A program made the translations under genes and the position numbers. A stretch of 49,462 nt of DNA from Planctomycetota bacterium (lineage in GTDB: Bacteria; Planctomycetota; UBA8108; JACQVS01): assembly GCA_016209605.1 (NCBI GenBank), contig JACQVS010000003.1:1-49462 (forward strand), written 5' to 3'. The notes beneath the pieces were generated by a model that saw only the letters and a program-made list of their open reading frames with translations, was not told where the DNA came from and ran no database searches. Positions 18,583 through 27,670 of the stretch are shown here, in pieces. The first letter of the stretch is position 1. Each line of letters starts with the position of its first letter.

Positions 18583-19305
18583 ATGACCGCCAAATCGATT
18601 GCTTTCTTCAAAAGCAAGTCGTTCATCATCACCGGCGGGACGCGCGGCATTGGCCGCGGCCTGGCGGCTTGCCTGCTCAAGCAGGGCGCGCGGGTGGCGA
18701 TTTCCGGGCGCGATGGTAAACGGCTGCAAAGCACCTTGAAGGAATTCCAGGGGCTGGGGGGCGAGGCGATCGGCGCCGCGGGCGATGTCGCGAACGAGGC
18801 CGACTGCCGCAAGCTGGCCGAGAGCGCTCGCGCCGCCTTCGGTCCTATCGATTTTCTCATCAACAACGCCGCCATTCTTGCCAGACCGGCGCCGGTGGTG
18901 GAGACGCCCGCCCAGGTCTGGGAAGAGGTGCTGCGGATCAACGTCATCGGCACGGTCAACATGATCCGCCACGTCCTCCCCGGCATGGAAAGGCGCCGGT
19001 CCGGGGTCATCATCAACCTTTCCAGCTACTGGGGGCGGATCGGCGAGGGCCGGGTGGCCTCCTACTGCGCCAGCAAGTTCGCCGTGGAGGGCTTGACGCA
19101 ATCCCTCGCTCGCGAGGTCGGCCAAGGCCTCGTGGTGCTGGCGCTGAGCCCGGGTGTGATCGCCACCGACATGCTGGCGACCGCATTTGAAAGCGACGTC
19201 TCGAGCTATCCTTCCCCTGACGACCTCGCCCCCAAGTGGATCCATCTCCTCCAGAGCATCAAGCCCGACTGGAACGGACGGTCGCTGAACCTGGAGGATT
19301 TTTAG
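18583..19305 (+). CDS. Short-chain dehydrogenase/reductase (SDR).
   Basis: TGGTRGIGRG cofactor motif, NNAAIL, and catalytic YCASK. Confidence 0.85.
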   Translation: MTAKSIAFFKSKSFIITGGTRGIGRGLAACLLKQGARVAISGRDGKRLQSTLKEFQGLGGEAIGAAGDVANEADCRKLAESARAAFGPIDFLINNAAILARPAPVVETPAQVWEEVLRINVIGTVNMIRHVLPGMERRRSGVIINLSSYWGRIGEGRVASYCASKFAVEGLTQSLAREVGQGLVVLALSPGVIATDMLATAFESDVSSYPSPDDLAPKWIHLLQSIKPDWNGRSLNLEDF

Positions 19306-19337
19306 AGCCTTTTTCGGTAGGCAATCCGTTGGCCCGA

Positions 19338-19490
19338 GGCCGCGACCACCCCGCTCCGCGGGGCGGTGCCCGAGCGCGCCAGACAAGAAGGACCGACGAT
19401 GCCTTATTAGTCGGAGAAATAAGGCGAGGAGGTCCGATGCCGGCTGGCGCGCTTGCAGCCGGCCGCGACCACCCTTCGGGCGGTGCCCGG
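19338..19490. repeat. Structured intergenic element: two ~33-nt GC-rich direct repeats flanking a nested stem-loop.
   Basis: Direct repeats GGCCGCGACCACCC...GGCGGTGCCCG at 19338-19372 and 19461-19490. The outer stem is a perfect 9 bp (GCGCGCCAG 19374-19382 / CTGGCGCGC 19444-19452). It encloses an inner hairpin, GCCTTATT-AGTCGGAGA-AATAAGGC. The element lies between convergent genes. Confidence 0.6.
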
Positions 19491-19512
19491 GAGGGTCTAC
19501 TGAAACAGGCTC

Positions 19513-20733
19513 TTAGTCCTTGGCCTCTTGATCGTTGGCCTCGGCGACCAGCCGCCGCAGCTCCGCGCGCTTCTTCCGGGCCGGATCGCCCGGCTCGGCG
19601 TACGGGGAGCGTGACTCGAAGCAGCTCGAGTAGCAGAAGATGGCATACCCCTGGGCGGCGATCCCCCGGACGAAGGAGAGCTGGTCGGCGGCCTCCATGC
19701 GGCCGGGGAGCTGGTAAAAGCCGATGCCGGGAACCAGCTTGGCTTCGGGAATGCGGGCCAGGATCCGCGAAAGGGAGAGCTGGAACTCCTTGAGGCTGGA
19801 AGCGTACGACATCGGGCAGACCTCCTGGACCCACCCTTGATCGACCCAGTGCGAGACCTCCTGGAAGTACTGCTCCCTGGCTAGGTTCAGGTCCGGGACT
19901 GCGGCCACGGACAGGATGGCCTGCGGGCGGCATTTGTGGAGGCGCGCCGCCAGATCGCTCACCAATTGATGGAGGGCAACACGCCGGAACCGGTTCCAGG
20001 CTTCCGGATGGCGAGCCGGGAAGCCGCCGGTCGCCTGGCGGAATCGGGACAAGGTGGCGGCGTCGTAAGGGACGTCCTCGCTGGCATTGGCGGCCTTCCT
20101 GAGGAAGCGGATGTAGTCGAGCTGGATGCCGTCCACCGCGTACCTCGAAGCGAGGTCTCCGATCACGCTCGAGAGGTAGCCGCGGACTTCGGGAAGGCAG
20201 GGATTGAGCAGAGTATAGGAGTCTTCATCCAGGAGCAGCCGCCGCTGGCCGCGGGTCATGAGGAACCACTCCGGATGGGTGTGGACCACATGCTTCCTGC
20301 TCCTGGGGGGCTGAGCCCCTTTCCAGCCGGGGAGGACGTTCACCCAGGCGAAGATCTGTACCTTGTGCTTCCGGGCGGCCTCGAGCGCCGTCTTCAGAGG
20401 ATCGAAGCCCGGATCGCCGTCGCGGGCCGGGTCGCCCTGCAGCTCCTCGCCCCAGGGCTCGAAGCTCGACTGGTAAAAGGCGTCGCCGCGGCCGCGCACC
20501 TGGAAGTAAATGCGGTTGAGCCCAACGGCGGTGCAATTGGCGACCAGATTGCGAACGTCCTCCCCGGTGAGGAACTCCCACCGCGCCACCCATATGGCGC
20601 GCACCTCCCTGGGGATTTTTGAGGCCATGCCATTGGCCAGCGCTGGGCCAGCAGCGCCAGCGTAGCCCCAGGCCAGAACCAATAAACCCGTCTTGCTCCA
20701 TCGCCCCGCCCGGTTTTTGAACGCGCCGCTCAA
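19513..20733 (-). CDS. Glycoside-hydrolase-like family 10 (GHL10, YddW/YngK-type) lipoprotein.
   Basis: Signal peptide, then VRAIWVARWEF...NRIYFQVRGRGDAFY...VQIFAWVNV, a TIM-barrel hydrolase-like pattern recalled for GHL10. Family assignment is from memory. Confidence 0.65.
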   Translation of the reverse strand: MSGAFKNRAGRWSKTGLLVLAWGYAGAAGPALANGMASKIPREVRAIWVARWEFLTGEDVRNLVANCTAVGLNRIYFQVRGRGDAFYQSSFEPWGEELQGDPARDGDPGFDPLKTALEAARKHKVQIFAWVNVLPGWKGAQPPRSRKHVVHTHPEWFLMTRGQRRLLLDEDSYTLLNPCLPEVRGYLSSVIGDLASRYAVDGIQLDYIRFLRKAANASEDVPYDAATLSRFRQATGGFPARHPEAWNRFRRVALHQLVSDLAARLHKCRPQAILSVAAVPDLNLAREQYFQEVSHWVDQGWVQEVCPMSYASSLKEFQLSLSRILARIPEAKLVPGIGFYQLPGRMEAADQLSFVRGIAAQGYAIFCYSSCFESRSPYAEPGDPARKKRAELRRLVAEANDQEAKD

Positions 20734-20841
20734 AGCTTCCCCTCTCCATTCTGTTGATTTTCGGTTAAAATCCGATCGCCTTCAAATTATCGAGAGCCTG
20801 ACGAATCCATTTATCGGATGCGGTGGAGGTTTCCTTGAGGA

Positions 20842-21762
20842 ATGGCTGCTGAAACCTTGAATACTCGCCTTGCCCTGAAAATTGACGCCGACACCTTCCG
20901 GGGGACTCGCGACGGGGTGCCGGGCCTGCTCGAGGAGCTGGATCGCGCCGGGGTCAAGGCCAGCTTTTTCTTGACCCTGGGCCCGGACAACTCCGGCAAG
21001 GCGGTCCTTCGCGTCCTCCGCAAGAAGGGCTTTCTCGGCAAGATGCTTCGCACCAACGCCATCAAGATGTACGGCTTCTCCACCCTGTTTTACGGGACGC
21101 TGCTCCCGGCTCCCCGGATCGGCCAGCGGCTGGCGGGCGCACTGCGCTCGATCGAGTCGGCCGGCCACGAGGTCAACCTGCACGCCTGGGATCACGTGCG
21201 CTGGCAGGACCGGCTCGACCACCTGTCGCCGGAGGAGATCGAGGCGGAGCTGGCGCGAGGCGCCGGCGCCTTTGCGGAAATCTTCGGCCGGCCGCCGCGC
21301 GCTTTCGCGGCCCCGGCGTGGTTCTGCACCGAGGCGGGATTTCTGGCCCTCGAGAAGCAGAGTTTCGATTACCTCTCGGTGACCCGCGGCCCGGCGCCAT
21401 TCCGGCCGCGGGCCGGAGGCCGGGCCTTGAGCCTCCTCGAGATCCCCACCACCCTGCCGACCCTCGATGAAGCGCTGGGGCGCGATGGGGTGACTGAGGC
21501 CAACTGGATCGAGCGCTTGATCGGCCGCTACCGGCCTGGCCAGACCGAGGTGCTGACCGTGCACGCCGAGACCGAGGGGCTGGCCTACCGCCCGCTTTTC
21601 CGCGACCTGCTGGCGCGCCACCGCGACCGGGGCGTCATCCCCATCACCCTGGCCGAGGTCGCCCGCGAGCTGGGAGAACAAGGGCCGCTGCCGGAAAAGG
21701 CCGTCGCCCTGTGCGAGATTCCCGGCCGGGCCGGCAAAGTTGCCGTGCCGGCGGCGGGGTGA
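20842..21762 (+). CDS. Polysaccharide deacetylase family protein (ArnD-like deformylase).
   Basis: N-terminus LALKIDADTFRGTRDGVPGLLEELDRAGVKASFFLTLGPDNSG matches ArnD-type NodB-fold enzymes. Confidence 0.75.
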   Translation: MAAETLNTRLALKIDADTFRGTRDGVPGLLEELDRAGVKASFFLTLGPDNSGKAVLRVLRKKGFLGKMLRTNAIKMYGFSTLFYGTLLPAPRIGQRLAGALRSIESAGHEVNLHAWDHVRWQDRLDHLSPEEIEAELARGAGAFAEIFGRPPRAFAAPAWFCTEAGFLALEKQSFDYLSVTRGPAPFRPRAGGRALSLLEIPTTLPTLDEALGRDGVTEANWIERLIGRYRPGQTEVLTVHAETEGLAYRPLFRDLLARHRDRGVIPITLAEVARELGEQGPLPEKAVALCEIPGRAGKVAVPAAG

Positions 21763-21809
21763 GATGGTAAAATGAAGTTGAAACCGAAAACCACGTATTG
21801 GGAGGAACC

Positions 21810-22409
21810 ATGATCACGTTCACAGAAGCGGCCCTGGAAAAGATCAACGAGCTTTTGAAAGGGGAGCGGCAGGGAGGGCTGGCGCTGCGCATGGCCATCC
21901 GCGGGCGCGGCCCCGGCGGCTTCAACTACAAGCTGGGCTTCGTCCGCGAGGAGGATCACCAGACCGATGACGCGGTGGTGGAGGCCAGGGGCTTCAAGGT
22001 CTACATCGACCCGGAGACGGTTCCCAACCTCGAAAACTCCACCATCGACTTTGTCGATGGACTTGAGGGGACCGGCTTTAAGATTGACAATCCCAATCCG
22101 CTGTGGGGCGACCCGGTGGCCATGGCGGTGCAGCAAATTCTCGACACGGAAATCAATCCCACGGTGGCGATGCATGGGGGCCACGTCACCCTCCTCGAGG
22201 TCAAGGAGGAGACCGCTTACATCCAGTTCGGCGGCGGCTGCCAGGGCTGCGGCATGGCCGATGTGACCTTGAAACAGGGGGTCGAGCTGAGGATCAAGGA
22301 AGCGGTGCCGCAGATCAAGCAGGTCCTGGACACCACCGAGCACGCCGCCGGGAAGAATCCGTACTACCGCGGCCCGGAGAAGGGCGGCGGCTCGCCGTAC
22401 GATTATTGA
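21810..22409 (+). CDS. nfuA: Fe-S cluster carrier NfuA (degenerate A-type domain plus Nfu domain).
   Basis: N-terminal IscA-like domain, C-terminal Nfu domain with CQGCGMADVTL. GGGAGG RBS 5 nt before the ATG at 21810; the ORF-track start at 21798 is TTG. Confidence 0.8.
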   Translation: MITFTEAALEKINELLKGERQGGLALRMAIRGRGPGGFNYKLGFVREEDHQTDDAVVEARGFKVYIDPETVPNLENSTIDFVDGLEGTGFKIDNPNPLWGDPVAMAVQQILDTEINPTVAMHGGHVTLLEVKEETAYIQFGGGCQGCGMADVTLKQGVELRIKEAVPQIKQVLDTTEHAAGKNPYYRGPEKGGGSPYDY

Positions 22410-23524
22410 AGTGCCTTCCTCGCCACCTCGAAGGCCGCCTGCGGGCGGCCCAGGCGCCGGGCGTTTTCCTTGAGCTGGGCGAGGCGCCCAGGGTCCTTGA
22501 GCAGGCCCCCCAGCTTGTAAGCCAGGGTGCCGATGTTGTTGATCTTCACGGCGGCGCCGTTTTCGAGGAGAAAATCGCTGTTGCGGCTCTCCTGGCCGGG
22601 GATGGGATTGACGACGGCCATGGCAGCGCCGCGCGCCAGCGCCTCCGAGGTGGTGAGGCCGCCGGGCTTCGTAAGCACCACGTCGGCCGCCGCCATCAGC
22701 TCATCGATCTGGTCGGTGAAGCCGAAAAGGTGCAGCCGATGGCGGGGCGGAGCGCTCTGTCCCTTCAGCTTCTCCCTCAGCTTGTCGTTGCGGCCGCAGA
22801 CCACCACGACCTCCAAGGGCGTGTCGATCGCCAGCACTTGCTGGAGGATTCTCTCCACCGGTCCGACGCCGAAGCCGCCGGCGAGCTGGAGGAGGATGGG
22901 CCGGCCCCCCTCCAGGCCCTGGCGCCGCTGGCACTCGGCGCGCTCCTTGGGCTCGCTGAAGACGGGGTGGATCGGGATGCCGGTGATGCTGATGCGCTCC
23001 GCCGGCACGCCCCAGTGCTCCAGGTACGCCGCCCCCTCGCCGGTGGCGGTGAAGTAATGGTCGCAGGGCTCGTTGACCCAGAGGCGATGGGTTTCGAAGT
23101 CGGTGGTGACGGTGAACTGCGGCGTCGCCAACGCCTTCTTCCGGCGCAGGGAGGCGATGATCTCCGCCGGCAGGAAGTGGGTGTTGATGATGACGTCCCA
23201 CGGTTCGCTCTTCAGGAACTCGAGGAACTTCCGCAGGTTCAGCTTCTCGACCAGGAGGCGCAGGCGGTCGCTCTTTTTCCGGGGCGAGCGCGGGCGGTCG
23301 AGGAGGTCGTAAAAGTACCCCAGGACATGGGGCGCTCTGTTCACCAGGTCCAGGTAGGCCCTGCCATAGACGCGGCGGAAGGCGGCGTTGGTGAGCTCGA
23401 GAACGTCCAGGTTTTTCACGGCGGCGCCGGGATCGAGCTGCCGGAGGGCCAGCTCCACGGCCTGGGCGGCGCGCTGATGGCCGGCGCCGACGGAAGCTGA
23501 GAGGACGAGGATTCGAACTGCCAT
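22403..23524 (-). CDS. GT28 glycosyltransferase, MGDG-synthase/UgtP-like (diacylglycerol glycosyltransferase).
   Basis: N-terminus VRILVLSASVGAGHQRAAQAVELAL is typical of the MGDG_synth N-domain; C-terminal GT-B half. Confidence 0.7.
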   Translation of the reverse strand: MAVRILVLSASVGAGHQRAAQAVELALRQLDPGAAVKNLDVLELTNAAFRRVYGRAYLDLVNRAPHVLGYFYDLLDRPRSPRKKSDRLRLLVEKLNLRKFLEFLKSEPWDVIINTHFLPAEIIASLRRKKALATPQFTVTTDFETHRLWVNEPCDHYFTATGEGAAYLEHWGVPAERISITGIPIHPVFSEPKERAECQRRQGLEGGRPILLQLAGGFGVGPVERILQQVLAIDTPLEVVVVCGRNDKLREKLKGQSAPPRHRLHLFGFTDQIDELMAAADVVLTKPGGLTTSEALARGAAMAVVNPIPGQESRNSDFLLENGAAVKINNIGTLAYKLGGLLKDPGRLAQLKENARRLGRPQAAFEVARKALQ

Positions 23525-23622
23525 ATTGGAAGTTACAACTTACCGTCCGTCCGTCCGCCGCTCAAGTTAAAAATTTCCTTTTTAAGCTTGCAGCCCGGAA
23601 CTCCCAGCTTGAAGCTATCGGC

Positions 23623-24201
23623 ATGCCGGACTTCACGTTAAGCACCACCGCGGCGCTCCTCTTGAGCGCCAAGGCGGGGGACGAGCGCTCCCGCAACTCC
23701 CTGGCCGAGCGCTGCATGCCGAGGCTGCGGCGCATGGCCAGCGGCCGTGTTCCCAGGGGCATGGCCGGCCAGGTCGAGGCCGAAGACCTCGTGCAAGAAA
23801 CCCTGCTGCGAGCGTTCAGTCATCTGGACAAGTTCGAGCCCCGCTGCGAAGGGGCCTTTCTCTATTACCTGCGGAGGATCTTGATGAACGTCATTCACGA
23901 CCTCGGGCGCAAGGTGCAAAGGGCCCCTCCGGCGGCGGCGCTGGAGGAGGAGCCCTCCAGCCTCGGCCCCTCGCCGGTGGAGGACGCCGTCGGCGCCGAG
24001 ACGTGGGAGCGGTACCGCCGGGCGCTTTCCGGGCTGACCGAGGCGCAGGCGCAGGCCGTGGTGCTGTTCGTCGAGTGCGGCATGGATTTTCAGGATATCG
24101 CCGCGGCCCTGGAGTCGCCGTCCGCCAACGCGGCGCGCATGGTGGTTGCCCGCGGGCTGAAGCGGCTGTCGGAGTTGATGCATGTGCCCCCAGGAAGCTG
24201 A
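23623..24201 (+). CDS. ECF (sigma-70 family group IV) RNA polymerase sigma factor.
   Basis: Region 2 DLVQETLLRAFSHLDKFE and region 4 HTH (AQAQAVVLFVECGMDFQDIAAALESPSANAARMVVARGLKRL). Confidence 0.8.
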   Translation: MPDFTLSTTAALLLSAKAGDERSRNSLAERCMPRLRRMASGRVPRGMAGQVEAEDLVQETLLRAFSHLDKFEPRCEGAFLYYLRRILMNVIHDLGRKVQRAPPAAALEEEPSSLGPSPVEDAVGAETWERYRRALSGLTEAQAQAVVLFVECGMDFQDIAAALESPSANAARMVVARGLKRLSELMHVPPGS

Positions 24202-25912
24202 ATTCACCCGTGAAGAGGAGGAGCGCCTGTCGCGCTCGAGCCGCGCCGACTTGGTGAAGACGCTCTCGTGCACCCCCATCGGCGCCCGGACCGCCAGGCA
24301 ACTGGAAGAAGTCGAGCGGATCCGCCTCGCCTTCGAGAGCGCCGGCGCCGGCAAGGAGGCCCCGCCGGATTTTCCGGGCTACGTTGTCATCGAGAAGCTC
24401 GGGCAGGGGGGCTTCGGGGCGGTCTACCGAGCCCGCGATGAGAAGCTGGGCCGCGAGGTGGCCCTCAAGGTGCTCCTCCCCCGGCTGCAGCTGAGCGAGG
24501 CGGCGAGGGAGCGCTTCCTCAAGGAAGCCCGGGCCCTGGCGCTCCTCCGCCACCCCAACATCCTCACCATCCACGCCGTGCTGGAGCACCGGGGCCGCAT
24601 TGGCCTGGTGACCGAGTTCATCGATGGGCAGCCGTTCAACGACCTCATCTCCCAGCGGGGCCCGCTCAGCGCCCGCGAGGCGGCCCAGGTGGGGGTGGAG
24701 GTCTGCCGCGCCCTGGCGGCGGCCCACGCCCTCCAGCTGATCCACCGCGATGTCAAGTCGGCCAACATTCTCCGCGAGCGCGGCGGCCGCATCGTGCTCA
24801 CCGACTTCGGCCTGGGGGTTTTCGTCGGCGCCGGCTCGAATCCCGAGGAGCGGATGAAGGTGGCCGGCTCCCCCCTCTTCATGGCGCCGGAGCAGGTGCG
24901 CGGCGGCGAGGTGGACGCGCGCACGGACATTTACGCTCTGGGCATCGTGCTTTACCACCTGAGCGCCGGAACCTACCCCGTCGAGCCCTGTGATCTGGAG
25001 GAGCTGTTCTCGAAGATCAAGGCCGGCGCGCTCAAGCCGCTCCGCGATCTTCGCCCCGACCTGGCCGGGGAGTTCGTCCCGCTGGTCCAGAAAGCCTTGG
25101 CGGTCGAACCGGCGCAGCGCTATCAGAGCGCCGGGGAGTTCGAGCGCGCCTTGCTCGACTTCCTGGCGGGGGAAGGCGCTCCGGCCTCCAGGGCGGCCCC
25201 GTACCGAGCCATGCCGGGCGGGCTTTCCCGGCGCCCCAAAATCCTCCTCGCGTTCATGGGTGGTCTCGCGGCCCTGATCCTGGCGGCAGCCATCCTCGGC
25301 GGGAGCGGCCTCTGGAGCCGACTCTTCAACGGCTCCGGCAGCGCCAGGTTGCTGGAGGTTCGGGCGGCGGCCTTGAAGCGCGACACCGCTTCGGGAAAGG
25401 CCGAGGCGCTCTTCGAGGGGGACCGCGTCCGGAAGGATGACCAGCTTTTCTTCGAGTTCGAGGCCGGCCAGGACTGCCACGTCTACGTTTTGAACGAGGA
25501 TGCGAGGGGCTCCCGTAACCTGCTCTTCCCCTGTGCCGGCGGCGCGCTCAAGAACCCGCTCCCCGGAGGGAAGCGCCACGAGCTTCCCGGCCTGGTCGGG
25601 GGGCAGAAGCACCGCTGGGCGATTGACACCGCCGGCGGACAGGAATGGATCATCGTCATCGCCAGCTTGAAACCCCTCGATCGGCTCGGCGAGCTCGCGG
25701 CCGCGCCGGCGGAGTTGGCGGTCTACCCCGAAGTGAAGGCCGAAGCGCTGCAGGTGGTGGTGCGCGGCATGACGGTGGCCCCCCAGAAGAAGGAGGCGGT
25801 TTTGTCGGGAAGCGCTCGCCTCGAAACCCTCATCGAAGAGCTGAAGAGCGCCGCCGGCGCGGAACCAGGCGCCGACCTGTGGATCCGGAAAATCCCTCTG
25901 GCCAATCCTTGA
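24182..25912 (+). CDS. Membrane Ser/Thr protein kinase (Hanks type) with an extracytoplasmic C-terminal beta-rich domain (DUF4384-like).
   Basis: Gly-loop LGQGGFGAVY, VALK, HRDVKSANIL, DFGLG, APE. TM segment ILLAFMGGLAALILAAAILGG, then a ~220-aa domain containing CHVYVLNEDARGSRNLLFP. Its start overlaps the sigma gene by 20 nt. Confidence 0.85.
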   Translation: MCPQEAEFTREEEERLSRSSRADLVKTLSCTPIGARTARQLEEVERIRLAFESAGAGKEAPPDFPGYVVIEKLGQGGFGAVYRARDEKLGREVALKVLLPRLQLSEAARERFLKEARALALLRHPNILTIHAVLEHRGRIGLVTEFIDGQPFNDLISQRGPLSAREAAQVGVEVCRALAAAHALQLIHRDVKSANILRERGGRIVLTDFGLGVFVGAGSNPEERMKVAGSPLFMAPEQVRGGEVDARTDIYALGIVLYHLSAGTYPVEPCDLEELFSKIKAGALKPLRDLRPDLAGEFVPLVQKALAVEPAQRYQSAGEFERALLDFLAGEGAPASRAAPYRAMPGGLSRRPKILLAFMGGLAALILAAAILGGSGLWSRLFNGSGSARLLEVRAAALKRDTASGKAEALFEGDRVRKDDQLFFEFEAGQDCHVYVLNEDARGSRNLLFPCAGGALKNPLPGGKRHELPGLVGGQKHRWAIDTAGGQEWIIVIASLKPLDRLGELAAAPAELAVYPEVKAEALQVVVRGMTVAPQKKEAVLSGSARLETLIEELKSAAGAEPGADLWIRKIPLANP

Positions 25913-25945
25913 AAACGGCGGCAAAAAGGATAATGTAGCCAGGCA

Positions 25946-26644
25946 ATGATCGAGTGCGGACGCAAGAAGACCGGCAGCGGCATGAGCCCCAGTCGCCTCT
26001 GGTGGCTGCTTCTCCCTGCGGTGGCTTTCGGCTGCTCCCGCACGGTCAACGACCACTTGCGGGAAGCCGAGACCGGCTCGCCTCAAGCGGTGGGCGAGGC
26101 GGTGGTCGCCATCAGCGAGCTTCTGGCCATGAAGGAGGCCAGCCAGATCGCCTTCGATGAGGGGGACCAGGCGGCGGTGGTTTACATGAAGCAGGTGGCC
26201 CTGGAAAGCAAGATCCAGACCAACCGCTCGATCGCCCTCGGCGCGCTGGCCAAGCTGCGCACTGTCAACGCGGAGGAGATTTTCATCAAGGCCCTGGATG
26301 ACCCCTTCTGGCACGCCCGCTTTCACGCGGTGCGGGGGCTGAAGATCCAGCCCAAGGAGAGCTGTGCCGAGCTGCTCCGGAACCTCCTCGTCAAGGAGAC
26401 CCAGGTGGAAGTGCGGGTGGAGATCGTCAAGGCCCTGGGAATGATCGGCGGGCCGGTCGCGTTGAAGACGCTTTTCGAGACCTTCCTCAAGCCTACCAGC
26501 CGCCATCAGGATGAGCAGGTGCACGCCTTCCTGGCGCTGCGCTTCTTGACCGGGGCCAGCTACGAGTTCAACGACGGGAAGAGCTGGAAAAAAGCCTTCC
26601 AGGAACGGTTCCCGCAAGCCGCCGGAGAGGGGGTTGGTTCTTGA
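25946..26644 (+). CDS. HEAT-repeat lipoprotein.
   Basis: Lipobox LLPAVAFGCS, then repeated helical-pair segments (IALGALAKL..., FHAVRGLK..., VEIVKALGMIGG...). Confidence 0.55.
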   Translation: MIECGRKKTGSGMSPSRLWWLLLPAVAFGCSRTVNDHLREAETGSPQAVGEAVVAISELLAMKEASQIAFDEGDQAAVVYMKQVALESKIQTNRSIALGALAKLRTVNAEEIFIKALDDPFWHARFHAVRGLKIQPKESCAELLRNLLVKETQVEVRVEIVKALGMIGGPVALKTLFETFLKPTSRHQDEQVHAFLALRFLTGASYEFNDGKSWKKAFQERFPQAAGEGVGS

Positions 26645-27663
26645 GGCGCGCGCTGGTGACGGCGGCGAAGCTGGCCCTCGCCGCCTTTCTCTTGGGCTAC
26701 CTGCTGAAGACCAGCAACCTTGACTTTTCGAAGCTCGCCCAAATCAACGGCTGGGGCTGGCTGGCGCTGGCGCAGGTGTTCGTGGCGTTGATGCTGGGCC
26801 TGACCTTTTATCGCTGGCATCTTCTGCTCAGGGCTCAGGGCATTCAATACCAGCTCAAGGAATCGTTCATCCTGAGCTTCATCGGCTTCTTCTTCAGCCA
26901 GTTCGTGCCGGGATCGACGGGCGGCGACCTGGTGAAGGCCTATTACGTCGCGGTCGAGCAGCCGGAGCTGCGCGCCGCCGGCATCACCACCGTGGTGGTG
27001 GACCGGGTGATCGGGCTGGTGGTGTTCATGGTGGTGGGAGGAGTGGCCATCCTCGCCAACTGGCAGCGGATTCAAAAGGACCCCTACCTGAAGTTCTTCT
27101 CCGCCCTTGTCGCTGCCCTGCTCCTCTTGATCCTCTTGGGATTGTCCTTCTTCCTGTCGGACCGCATCCGGCGTTCGGCCTGGTTTCAGTGGACCCTCGG
27201 CTGGCTCCCCTTCCAGAAGGTCCTGCGCCAGGTCGGCTCGGCCATGGTCGCTTATAAGCGCCAGCCCCGCATCATCTTCGTGGCGGTGGGGCTGTCGGTC
27301 CTGGTGCAGGCGTCGACGGTGTTCATGACCCTCTGCTACGCTCGAGCGCTGGGCGATGACCGGATTTCGCTGGTCAACTTGTTTTTTCTCGTGCCCCTGG
27401 CCCTCTTGATCATGGCCCTTCCGATCAATCCGCCCGGCGGCCTGGGGGTCGGTGAGTGGGCCTACTCCAAACTTTTTGCATGGATGGGGGATCCTGAGAA
27501 TGGCCTGCCGATTGCCATCGTTCAAAGGATCAACTGGTACGCCTGGGCGCTCGTCGGCCTCTTCTTTTACCTGCGCAAGAAAAAGAAAATCCAGAAAGCG
27601 CTGTCGATGGGTGAAGAGGCCGCGCAGAGTCAGCCGGCCTCGGTGGCCGCCCCGACCGCATGA
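26641..27663 (+). CDS. Lysylphosphatidylglycerol-synthase-TM-domain (UPF0104, flippase-like) membrane protein.
   Basis: Polytopic protein; N-terminus LAAFLLGYLLKTSNLDFSKL and the conserved GSTGGD/PGG pattern recalled for this family. Confidence 0.7.
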   Translation: MRRALVTAAKLALAAFLLGYLLKTSNLDFSKLAQINGWGWLALAQVFVALMLGLTFYRWHLLLRAQGIQYQLKESFILSFIGFFFSQFVPGSTGGDLVKAYYVAVEQPELRAAGITTVVVDRVIGLVVFMVVGGVAILANWQRIQKDPYLKFFSALVAALLLLILLGLSFFLSDRIRRSAWFQWTLGWLPFQKVLRQVGSAMVAYKRQPRIIFVAVGLSVLVQASTVFMTLCYARALGDDRISLVNLFFLVPLALLIMALPINPPGGLGVGEWAYSKLFAWMGDPENGLPIAIVQRINWYAWALVGLFFYLRKKKKIQKALSMGEEAAQSQPASVAAPTA

Positions 27664-27670
27664 GCCCCTC

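Noticed and set aside
17647-19386. 579-aa minus-strand ORF spanning the aminotransferase and SDR genes.
   Set aside because: Spans two well-supported sense genes; junk composition.
19338-19490. Possible CRISPR or mini-array interpretation of the two 33-nt repeats.
   Set aside because: Only two imperfect repeats with a ~90-nt structured spacer, and no cas genes or leader. The structure fits a stem-loop element, not CRISPR.
23541-23560. (CCGT)3-CCGC short tandem motif in the divergent promoter between the GT28 and sigma genes.
   Set aside because: Only three units; too short to call a meaningful SSR or regulatory repeat without comparative data.
23891-26617. 908-aa minus-strand ORF antisense to the kinase and HEAT genes.
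   Set aside because: Low-complexity RAGP-rich translation with no motifs. The sense strand encodes a well-supported Hanks kinase.
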